Shown: positions 1 to 32,378, numbered from the whole stretch's first letter. The stretch: 63,552 nt of DNA, filler included, from Ministeria vibrans ATCC 50519 (GCA_943704425.1; 5 parts of 5 records of this genome joined end to end with filler, not necessarily neighbours in it); one strand, 5' to 3'. Translations and numbers: made by a program. Notes: generated by a model from the sequence alone, not told the origin.

Positions 1-210
1 TCTCACTATTCACAAATCTTACCCGCTAAGACAATGCAAAGAAGAACACAAGAGTCCAAAACACAGTCCAAATCAGTCACTCACGATTTCTCACTATTCA
101 CAAATCTTACTCCCTAAGACAATGCAAAGAAGAACACAAGAGTCCAAAACACAGTCCAAATCAGTCACTCACTCATTCGAACTATTCACAAAACGTACCC
201 CCTAAGACCA
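1..210 (-). repeat. ~88-bp tandem intron repeat with a variable 3-nt core (micro-exon array B)
   Basis: Unit on the + strand is CTATTCACAAATCTTAC-nnn-CTAAGACAATGCAAAGAAGAACACAAGAGTCCAAAACACAGTCCAAATCAGTCAC. It shares motifs with the 80-bp repeat at 4650-7252. Confidence 0.85.
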
Positions 211-883
211 TGGCCCAGAGCAGCGAATCAATACAAACGCGTGTCAGGTATACACTCACACAGCCGATATATCAAAATAGAAAATCTTACAGTCTACAAA
301 GTGGTCAGGCCATCAGAGAATTTCAAACGAGCATATGTTCTCTTACAAACTGCAAAACACAGAGCGCCACCCATTCAGGAGCAAGAAAAACAAGTTAGAA
401 CCGATCAGTATCCTTTGTCAAGCAAATCACGAACCTTCTACAGACAAGTTTATTGTTTTAGTCATTGTCGACCAAACCGACTTTTCGTCTTACTTGCACA
501 GAGATTGTCGAGAGACGGCGAGAATCCCTCATTCCCCCTGTACGTAATCTCCTCCAGGTGCCCACGCAAATCTAAAATAGCTGTTGGGAGCGTCTTGAGC
601 TTGCAATTCCCAACGTCCAGAAGCTTCGTCCAGAAAAAGAAAAAAAAAACGAGCCAACTCGTGAGAAATCCTGGCCTTTCTCTCCCCCTTCCCATACCTT
701 GAGCTTCTTGAACTGTCCAATCCAGCCGGGAATGACCCTAAGCGGGTTGTCTGTCAGCAGCAATTCCTGTAGAGTGTCAGCAAGAACAAGAATTTCGTCT
801 GGGAGAGAAGTGAGCCCCATCTTCCTCAGGTTCAAGGAATGGGACGTCTGCGCGGCTTGAATGCATTCCTGTAGTGAAGACAT
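1..883 (-). CDS. 5' part of an LRR-containing gene (gene B, probable Roco-caspase paralog) running into a 3-nt micro-exon array; truncated by the window start
   Basis: ATG at 883. Exon 883-698 (MSSLQECIQAAQTSHSLNLRKMGLTSLPDEILVLADTLQELLLTDNPLRVIPGWIGQFKKLK) and exon 623-494 (LLDVGNCKLKTLPTAILDLRGHLEEITYRGNEGFSPSLDNLCA+A) carry LxxLxLxxNxLxxLP LRR motifs. The second exon ends in phase 1 at GTAAG. AG/3-nt/GT micro-exons follow at 437-435 AAG, 349-347 TTT, 293-291 ACT, 201-199 GGG, 113-111 GGA and 25-23 CGG. Confidence 0.8.
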
Positions 884-1292
884 GCTTTGGCGACAAAGAA
901 ACAGATAAAGATTGGTGTTAATCTGACTGTTTTCTTTTGAAAAGGGTCGTTTTTGTTCGATCAACCTGGCTGAACCTCCTCCTAGCCAAGAAAATTCGGG
1001 AGAACGTCTGGGCTCAACATCAACACCGCAGAGTGTGCGTTGGTGGCCGCAACCCCCTGAGACCACTGAAGGGCTAAAGGAGTCACTACAAGAGTTGCGA
1101 CGGTCATCGCAGAAAGTAAACGGAAAAAAAATTGTTCCTGGGATAAATCAAAAATAATTATTAATGTGCAGGTATCAATATGAATGTACTATAAAAATAG
1201 GGTCGAGCTCTTCTCTCTTCTCCTCACACTGTTACTCACCCACTCTCTTCCTCTATGCCTCTCTCCATGTTTCATCTCTCGGTCTCTCTCTG

Positions 1293-4200
1293 TCACTTCC
1301 CGTCCCGAAACAACAGAATGTCTCCGTCGTTGCGAGTACCCAGCCACTCGTCCCAAATGCGCCCCACCACCATCGCCTGGTACGTGTGCGCCGTGTCCAT
1401 CTCCCGCAGTCTCTGTCGCAGTCCCACCGCAGTGATGTGCTCTTCTCCCGTGCGAAACGCACTCAGTGTCGTCGGTCCCAGTGCGCGCAGAAGCAGCTCA
1501 GTCAGACGAGTGTACTTGGACGTCTTCACCACAGTCCCATCTGCTTTGGTCCAATTCACTTGCTCCTGCGACATGAAACTGCTCGTGTCCGCCAGTGAGC
1601 TCGCCAGCAGCTGACGCGAGTACCCGTGTTGCGCATCTGTGCTCGAGAACGATAGGTCGTCCTCTGCCTTGAGCAGTGCACCAGACCAGCAGAAGTCGCA
1701 CACGACCAGAATGTTGCAGCCGGGCCATTGCACAGTCGCCGTCAAAAGGCCTTTCAGTGCGTCGAGATTGAATCGCGAAAACGGACTGAAGGTGTTGGGG
1801 GCGAACACAGTCCGCTCTGCATCACTGAGCAACAGACCGCCCTGACTGTCCTCCGCCCCATGGCCCAGCAAGTGCACAATCAGCAGTGCGTCTCGTCCCA
1901 CTCCGTCTCCCACATCTCCTATCAAACGACGTGCCGCTGCCGCAATCTCCACCGCAGTCACCCGGTCTCCAGCCTGAGTGTCCGTCACACTCTGCACTTT
2001 AAACCCGCGTCCCTTCCACAGACTCTCCAGTGCACTCACACTCCGACGCACTCCAGGTAAGTCAGCAAACGCCGCCAAGTGAGGGTTACTTGTCGATTCG
2101 TACCGACTCACACCCACAATCAGTGACGCTGCATGGACATACCGCCGCGACATAGGGCCACCTTAAATGAGAGGGAATAGATACTTGAGTCAATGAAAAA
2201 GGATATTTCTGATCTTACAGAGTCGCTTGGTCCACCACTCTTCCACTTTCACATTGCACACGCGCGGTTCTTCACTGTGCAGCACCGCAGCCAACGTCCC
2301 TTCTTCACGGTACATCTCCGGCGACGCAGCCACGTCCAAAGGACGGAACAGAGGCAGTGACGGTTTGGACGGATGGGCAGGCACAAGCACAGCCACACCA
2401 CGCCATCCCCACCGAAGACTCTGCGTCCGCTCACACACTCGCGTGCTCACCCGTTGCAACGTCGCCATCACTCGTTCAGCTGGTCCCCCGTCGTCGCACA
2501 CCTCCACACGAATGCATTCCTCACCCACATTCAGACGCAGTCGCACAGGAGCACACCCGTCCATCACAAGTAAGTCTGTGCATCGTTGAGTCGCTCGGAT
2601 CTCGCACACTTTCATCGTCTCCCACCACAGTGCCACCACAACCAGATGGAAAGTCGCCAATGACACGGGAAGCACAGATCGCGTGTCCTCCTCGTCTTTC
2701 ACCACCTGGTACAGCATCACCTGCACAGGAGCGGGTGTCGCTCGCTCAACAAATGGCGCATGTTCAGGCAGCAACATCGGCACGAGCAGACGACTGCCGT
2801 GTCGGAACACAAGACTCAGTCGCTTAAGTGCCGAAAACAGTGCGGGGCCATCGCGCACGTCTGCACCGGCAAGAACTGGCTCGCCCTTTGCTTCACGCGC
2901 TGCTGCAGTCCACACAAGCCACAATGCAACCTCAACAGGGAATCCCTCCTCAGACCGCTCTCGTGACTCGTCCAGCTCGCGAAACAGCTTCAGTGTCTTC
3001 TTGTTGTCCAGTCGCCGTCCTGCCGCCTTCACCAGGTCAAGCATGTCGAGCGCGCGTTCGCTTGTCGCTCGCTCCCACTGTGCCATCACTACCGAGCACA
3101 GCAACTCGACAGCTGCAATCAGTCGTGGCACATCAAACACAATCGTGTCTACCGCGGCGACACCTCGTGCACTCGAGTCCTCGCGGCACACCAGCACATC
3201 CGCTGCTTCCTCCAAGTACGGCACCAGTCCCGTGCGCAGTGCTTGCTCGTCGGGAACCAGCGACCCGACAGTGATGACGGGCGTGGTCTCGCTCAGTACG
3301 ACACTCGGCAGATCACCAACAGACGACAGCAACTCAATGCGGCCCATCCGCGACCACCGACCAACCAGATCCTGCGCACACACATATTCCAGTGGCAGAG
3401 TGCGGCGACGCACCGCAGCATGCATCCCCTCGCTCAGTTCGCGCAGCCCAATGCCCTTGACACTGCCCACTTGGAAGAACGGAGTGCGACCAGACCCAGG
3501 CAGAATCAAGTGGTTGCCCAACACGGGTCCCACAAGACGATCAATCCCTTTCGCGACAGTACGCAGCAGTGATTGTGGTGCGGTGTCATCGGGAAACGTG
3601 TCGACATGAGTGCCCACAATGAGCACACGGAAGTACGACGAGAGCGTCTCGGGCACTTGGTGTGCAATCACATGAGCCCACTTGGACAGGTGCTCGTACT
3701 GTCGCTGTGCCGCTGTGCGATCGTCCATGACAGACAGGTCGAAGACGAGGATGTACGCGGACTCGGACCCCATGAAGAGCGCGGGGAGAGAGTCAAACAT
3801 GGGCTCACCTGAGTGAGTGTAAAATTGAGAAGAGGAAGTACAAAAGGTAAACTCTCACCTGCAAAGTCGAAGGTGTCCAGGTCAACGTGTTGCTCGCTCA
3901 GCTCGCCAATAAGAAGATCTTGAACAGCGCTCATAGTCAGCGCGACGGGAGCGGGAGAGGTGGGGAGCGTGGGTGCATTGGGGACGAATGTCGAAGAGGA
4001 CGCGGCTGTTGTTGGGACTGGTGGGACTGGTGGGGGAGTCACGACAGTAGGGCTCATCAGTGACTCCTCTTCGCCTCCGTCATCGCGTGGGTCTGTGGCA
4101 GTCGCATCTCTTGGAGTGCCGATCATGCTGGCCAGGCGATACTCCTCGAGCGGCACAGCCTCAAAGAAGCCTCCTTCACAGTTGAGGACGAGTCGCACGC

Positions 4201-7200
4201 GCTTCATCCGTGTCGCCACTGAGCGGTCTTTCTCCTCGGGCAATGGTTCTCCCTGTAGAGCTGCAAGCAGTGCTGTCTTGCCTGCCATCACTGCACCCAG
4301 AAATAGCACTTTGAGTGAGTGCGACTCGACTGAGCCGCGGGAGAGGGCCGCCTTGAACGCTGACTGAAAGATTGCATCACTGACAAACAAGGGTAAAGAT
4401 TTGAGTGGAGAGTTGGGTTCCACTTTGCAGATATCTCTTACGGATCTAAAAAAAAATATGTCAGATCAAAAGGTTGACAGCAATGTTAACACCTTTTGTC
4501 ACTGTGTAGAGCGCCTGCAACAGTTCCTGCGTGTGTCGCTTCCAGACCGCACGGTCTGCAATCCCCATGGAAATAAGCGATACAACCTACTCGTCCCACT
4601 TACCAACTAGAACAAAAGTGTCACTAACTCGTTGTCACTATTCACAAATCTTACCAACTAAAACAATGCAAAGAAGAGTTCAAATCACAGTCCAAATCAG
4701 TCACCATCCATTTCCATCTATTCTTCAAACTTACCCCCTAAAACAATGCAAAGAAGAGTCCAAATCACAGTCCAAATCAGTCACCATCCAATTCGATCTA
4801 TTCTTCAAACTTACACGCTAAAACAATGCAAAGAAGAGTCCAAATCACAGTCCAAATCAGTCACCATCCAATTCCATCTATTCTTCAAACTTACTCTCTA
4901 AAACAATGCAAAGAAGAGTCCAAATCACAGTCCAAATCAGTCACCATCCATTTCCATCTATTCTTCAAACTTACCCGCTAAAATAATGCAAAGAAGAGTC
5001 CAAATCACAGTCCAAATCAGTCACCATCCATTTCCATCTATTCTTCAAACTTACTCGCTAAAACAATGCAAAGAAGAGTCCAAATCACAGTCCAAATCAG
5101 TCACCATCCATTTCCATCTATTCTTCAAACTTACCCCCTAAAACAATGCAAAGAAGAGTCCAAATCACAGTCCAAATCAGTCACCATCCATTTCCATCTA
5201 TTCTGCAAACTTACCCGCTAAAATAATGCAAAGAAGAGTCCAAATCACAGTCCAAATCAGTCACCATCCATTTCCATCTATTCTTCAAACTTACGAACTA
5301 AAACAATGCAAAGAAGAGTCCAAATCACAGTCCAAATCAGTCACCATCCATTTCCATCTATTCTTCAAACTTACTCCCTAAAACAATGCAAATCACAGTC
5401 CAAATCAGTCACCATCCATTTCCATCTATTCTTCAAACTTACAGTCTAATAAAACAATGCAAAGAAGAGTCCAAATCACAGTCCAAATCACAGTCCAAAT
5501 CAGTCACCATCCATTTCGATCTATTCTTCAAACTTACACCCTAAAACAATGCAAAGAACAGTCCAAATCACAGTCCAAATCAGTCACCATCCATTTCGAT
5601 CGATTCTTCAAACTTACCCCCTAAAACAATGCAAAGAACAGTGCAAATCACAGTCCAAATCAGTCACCATCCATTTCGATCTATTCTTCAAACTTACACG
5701 CTAAAACAATGCAAAGAAGAGTCCAAATCACAGTCCAAATCAGTCACCATCCATTTCGATCTATTCTTCAAACTTACTCCCTAAAACAATGCAAAGAACA
5801 GTCCAAATCACAGTCCAAATCAGTCACCATCCATTTCGATCTATTCTTCAAACTTACTCCCTAAAACAATGCAAAGAACAGTCCAAATCACAGTCCAAAT
5901 CAGTCACCATCCATTTCGATCTATTCTTCAAACTTACCAGCTAAATCAATGCAAAGAAGAGTCCAAATCACAGTCCAAATCAGTCACCATCCATTTCGAT
6001 CGATTCTTCAAACTTACCAACTAAAATAATGCAAAGAACAGTCCAAATCACAGTCCGAATCAGTCACCATCCATATCCATCTATTCTTCAAACTTACAGT
6101 CTAAAACAATGCAAAGAACAGTCCAAATCACAGTCCAAATCAGTCACCATCCATTTCGATCTATTCTTCAAACTTACCAACTAAAACAATGCAAAGAACA
6201 GTCCAAATCACAGTCCAAATCAGTCACCATCCATTTCGATCTATTCTTCAAACTTACTCCCTAAAACAATGCAAAGAAGAGTCCAAATCACAGTCCAAAT
6301 CAGTCACCATCCATTTCGATCTATTCTTCAAACTTACGAACTAAAACAATGCAAAGAAGAGTGCAAATCACAGTCCAAATCAGTCACCATCCATTTCGAT
6401 CTATTCTTCAAACTTACACCCTAAAACAATGCAAAGAACAGTGCAAATCACAGTCCAAATCAGTCACCATCCATTTCCATCTATTCTTCAAACTTACTCC
6501 CTAAAACAATGCAAAGAAGAGTCCAAATCACAGTCCAAATCAGTCACCATCCATTTCGATCTCTATTCTTCAAACTTACTCCCTAAAACAATGCAAAGAA
6601 CAGTCCAAATCACAGTCCAAATCAGTCACCATCCATTTCCATCTATTCTTCAAACTTACGCCCTAAACCAATGCAAAGAAGAGTCCAAATCACAGTCCAA
6701 ATCAGTCACCATCCATTTCGATCTATTCTTCAAACTTACGAACTAAAACAATGCAAAGAAGAGTGCAAATCACAGTCCAAATCAGTCACCATCCATTTCG
6801 ATCTATTCTTCAAACTTACACCCTAAAACAATGCAAAGAACAGTGCAAATCACAGTCCAAATCAGTCACCATCCATTTCCATCTATTCTTCAAACCTACT
6901 CCCTAAAACAATGCAAATCACAGTCCAAATCAGTCACCATCCATTTCCATCTATTCTTCAAACTTACAGTCTAATAAAACAATGCAAAGAAGAGTCCAAA
7001 TCACAGTCCAAATCAGTCACCATCCATTTCCATCTATTCTTCAAACTTACGGTCTAATAAAACAATGCAAAGAAGAGTCCAAATCACAGTCCAAATCAGT
7101 CACCATCCATTTCCATCTATTCTTCAAACTTACCCGCTAAAATAATGCAAAGAAGAGTCCAAATCACAGTCCAAATCAGTCACCATCCATTTCCATCTAT

Positions 7201-7252
7201 TCTTCAAACTTACCCGCTAAAACAATGCAAAGAAGAGTCCAAATCACAGTCC
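1293..7252 (-). CDS. Roco-type GTPase fused to a C-terminal caspase/metacaspase-like (peptidase C14-like) domain, preceded by a micro-exon array (gene A); 5' end lost in the gap
   Basis: Predicted exons are 34 x 3-nt micro-exons (7216..4604), 4555-4493, a 4-nt exon 4445-4442, 4379-3859, 3808-2219 and 2161-1293. All introns are GT-AG and all frames join. ROC motifs are the P-loop KVLFLGAVMAGKT, G3 DTFDFAG|EPMFDSL, AYILVFDLS and G4 LIVGTHVD, followed by a COR-like region. The C-terminus has ASLIVGVSRY, LIVHLLGHG and LVVCDFCWSG (His-Gly / Asp-x-Cys dyad). Confidence 0.85.
4604..7252 (-). repeat. 80-bp tandem repeat = 77-nt spliceosomal intron + variable 3-nt micro-exon (array A; 34 micro-exons)
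   Basis: Minus-strand unit is GTAAGTTTGAAGAATAGATGGAAATGGATGGTGACTGATTTGGACTGTGATTTGGACTCTTCTTTGCATTGTTTTAG-NNN. It has a canonical donor, a CTGAT branch-like motif, a pyrimidine tract and a TAG acceptor. Only the 3 nt between AG and GT are hypervariable, with 13 distinct triplets. Confidence 0.9.
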
Positions 7253-7352
7253 NNNNNNNNNNNNNNNNNNNNNNNNNNNNNNNNNNNNNNNNNNNNTTAA
7301 TTAATTAANNNNNNNNNNNNNNNNNNNNNNNNNNNNNNNNNNNNNNNNNNNN
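7253..7352. other. Artificial scaffold linker (N44-TTAATTAATTAA-N44)
   Basis: An all-frame stop palindrome between N runs. The same linker recurs at 34923, 56124 and 58301. Confidence 0.95.
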
Positions 7353-7353
7353 G

Positions 7354-7440
7354 CACGCCAAGCGCAAGACTGTCACCTCCATGGACGTCGTCTACGCGCT
7401 CAAGCGTCAGGGCCGCACCCTCTACGGTTTCGGCGGATAA
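7354..7440 (+). CDS. H4: Histone H4, C-terminal fragment (5' part in gap)
   Basis: Translates to HAKRKTVTSMDVVYALKRQGRTLYGFGG*, the near-invariant H4 C-terminus. Confidence 0.97.
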   Translation, partial: HAKRKTVTSMDVVYALKRQGRTLYGFGG

Positions 7441-8111
7441 ATTTCTTTTTATCCGGCCCCGCTGCCCCGTACAACAGCGTCTTCTCGGCGTGCATCCGCG
7501 AGAGACAAACAAACCAAAACCAAAACCAAAAAACTGGTGTTTTTCAACACCACCACATTGTCAAAGAAGGAGAACGAAACGAACTGCGTAATTGATTCTG
7601 TGTGTGTCAGCTGTTGGGAGGGAAATGGGCGTGTACTTTTGGAGTTCATGTCGTGTTGGTAGTGAGTGTCTCTTCTTTCTTCAACCATATATTGCATGGG
7701 TACATGAGCACACATCTCGAAATGACCAGTGTGCCTACCAGTCCACTCCTGAGCGTTCTGTGAGTGTCAGCACGCGTGAGCAGTTTGTGAGGCGGGAGAG
7801 CGTTAGTTGATGAGAGGCAGCGACTTGGTGAGTGGCTCTTGTACTTGCGCGTGTTGGGTGAGCACAGTGACAGCACAGACACATTCTGGCGAAATGATTC
7901 CAGTCTTGGCGTTCTGCCTTCTGTGCGCGTATCAGCACGCGTGTGCAGTTGGGTTTAGAGTGGCAACCGTCGGCTGACGACTGGGCGAGTTTGCGTTTGT
8001 CTTTATATTTTTGTACATTGAAAAAGAATGCGAATAATTCTACTAATTATAAAAGCGTAATCAGTGAGTAATCTCAATCTGTTCAGTTTCAAATTTTCTA
8101 CTCACCTCAAC

Positions 8112-8200
8112 ATGCCAAGCCTCCGTGACATCCGCATGGTCACCGCCCAGATCAGAAGAGCTCCCAAAGGACAATGGGAGGTAGATAAAAGTTCTTTGAC

Positions 8201-8234
<34 letters not shown>

Positions 8235-9516
8235 TTGAAACTCGTTTTGTAAGGTCGCGTCACGTTGTCCTTCGGGGCACCCTCAGACGCTCAAGGTCTA
8301 CCCGCTCGTCTCAGGCAAACCCTTTCCTACCCTCTACTGGCTCGTGTGTCCAGACCTGATCAGACAAATCGGCACAATGGAGGTGAGACACTTCTCTCTA
8401 TCACTTTGTTCTCTCTCTATCACTCGTTGTCTCTCTATCACTTTGTTCTCTCTCTATTTGTCTCTCTTTATCTGTGTTCTCTCTCTCTATCACTTTGTCT
8501 CTCTCTCTATCACTATTTGTCTCTCTATCACTTTGTCTCTCTCTATCACTTTGTTCTCTCTCTATCACTTTTGTCTCTCTATCACTTTGTTCTCTCTCTC
8601 TATCACTTTGTTCTCTCTCTTTATCACTTTGTTCTCTCTCTATCACTTTTGTCTCTCTATCACTTTGTTCTCTCTCTCTATCACTTTGTTCTCTCTCTTT
8701 ATCACTTTGTTCTCTCTCTATCACTTTGTTCTCTCTCTATCACTTTTGTCTCTCTATCACTTTGTTCTCTCTCTATCACTTTTGTTTCTCTCTCCCTCTC
8801 TCTCCCTTCCATCTCTCTATCTCCCCCTCCCATCTCCCTCTCTCTCTCCCTCCCATCTATCATCTCTCATCTGTCTCCCGCTCTCTTCTCCTCTTTGCAG
8901 AGCCAAGGCCCCCTCGACCGCGTCAGAGCCGCCATGGATGCCGACGACAAGATGATGCAGCGCAACCTCGAAGACCACAAACAATACGCAAGGGTATAAT
9001 ACTTATTATTACAATTATCATGATAGGGTCGTGTCATCATTCGTTTCGTCATCCTTCTTGCATGCAGGACCGATGGGACTACCTCAACGACGAGGACAAG
9101 GCATACTGCGAGCGGGCAGGCTACAAAAGCTCACTTCAGGACCGTGGCATCGGCGGCACACAGTTCCCCGAGACCACTCGTTGCCTCGTACCCCACTCAA
9201 ATCAAATCAATTTCAATAATGTCTCCTATTTCTTCCTTCTTGCCTCTCCCAGCATTGTATGTACGCAGCTCACTTTGGATCAGCACACCGACTTGTCGTG
9301 TGCGACTGGGTTGACGACGACGCAGGCAAGCCCCTTCAGTGTGAAATGACAGAGGGACGCATCGAACGACTGCGCGACATTGCTCGCGCAGCCGACGACG
9401 AAGAAGCTTCACTCGACCAAGTCACAGTCGAGTCAGAGCCACACCCACCAACCTCCACAACTACGACTGCAGCGGCGACTGACACGGAGACAAAGAATGC
9501 AGACGACAAAGAATGA
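8112..9516 (+). CDS. DUF501 family protein (5 exons)
   Basis: Exons 8112-8180, 8254-8382, 8901-8993, 9068-9187 and 9253-9516 join in frame. Motifs SRCPSGHP, GKPFPTLYWLVCP and GIGG...RCLHCMYAAH are typical of DUF501. Confidence 0.8.
8391..8790 (+). repeat. Intronic CT-rich minisatellite (CTCTCTCTATCACTTTGTT-like unit)
   Basis: Degenerate ~16-22-bp units inside DUF501 intron 2 (8383-8900). Confidence 0.85.
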
Positions 9517-9737
9517 GCGAACAAATGTGTTGTTGTACAAAACGAACGAAAAGGAAATTTCTGCATCTTCCTAGTTATTTTTACTTTAGCATTAGTCTTT
9601 CATCTTAATGAGCTTCTATTAGTCACGATGTTCTGATATATTTTTCACTGCTCAATACGTCTTTAGAAAAAAAATCGTTCAGCATAAAAATAAGTGTATT
9701 GATTCTCTCTAACTTTTCTCTCACCCACCCTCTTCAA

Positions 9738-9766
9738 TCTCTCTCTCTCTCTCTCTCTCTATCACT

Positions 9767-9860
<94 letters not shown>
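9738..9860. repeat. (CT)n microsatellite
   Basis: Seen directly. Confidence 0.95.
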
Positions 9861-9862
<2 letters not shown>

Positions 9863-9868
9863 ACTCTC

Positions 9869-31729
<21,861 letters not shown>

Positions 31730-32378
31730 CTGAAAAAGTAGTTTGAGTGAAAAAGAGAGAAGCGACGCAAGAAAAAAAAAACGCGTGAGATGAGAGTTGC
31801 GTTGATGTGACGAAATGGGGCCCTTCGATCACGACGACGTTGCACTCAGGGGTTAGTGGTAGGCTTTGGAAAGTAGCAGAGGAGGTAGTGGACACTCTAT
31901 AGAGCGACAACGGCGCTTGCGGCGTTTTGGTTGTTTCATCGAAGAGAACAGATACGTTATTTTTTTTTGCTGGCTTGTAACNNNNNNNNNNAGAAAAAAA
32001 AAAAAAAAAAGAGAGGTACAGCTTGCGTGAAGGAGAGAGAGAAATACGTTGCATGTAAGCGGAATGGATTGTCACGATGAGAACTACAAGGGAGGCGTGG
32101 GGAAATAGGCAAAAGCGCGTTGAAATGGCAGAGGGGCGGTTTGACGACGGATTGACGCTGATTGATGTGTGGGATGAAGACAATGACAGTATTGTACCAT
32201 TTTTGGATGGTTTCACTTTTCAGGCAAATTGGGGGGTTGTGCGTTTGACGTAGCCAAGCAAAAGAAAAAAAAGTTGAAAAGTGAGAAAACTTTCACGTCT
32301 TTATACTTTTGGTATAGAGATATTATATAAAATACTCATGGGGTCTTTACTCAATGATTAATCAATAAACAATTTACA

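Noticed and set aside
2227-3812. Numerous long antisense ORFs over GC-rich genes (also over the EGF gene, NLR, ABCB8, SND1 and POMGNT1)
   Set aside because: Shadow frames with no recognisable motifs.
4531-6746. Plus-strand ORFs within the 80-bp repeat (4531-4821, 6429-6746)
   Set aside because: Chance open frames in the repeat. The 80-bp period is not a multiple of 3 and stops recur.
4650-7252. CRISPR-like array or plain satellite
   Set aside because: The variable part is only 3 nt, there are no cas genes, and the context is eukaryotic. The constant part carries complete splice signals and joins coding exons in frame.
7297-7308. TTAATTAATTAA palindrome as a biological site (also near 34967, 56168 and 58345)
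   Set aside because: It is always centred in N runs, so it is an assembly linker.
8265-9349. Long Leu/Ser-rich ORFs (also 39365-39872, 51981-52665 and 58972-59466)
   Set aside because: Translations of CT/GA microsatellite introns or intergenic repeats.
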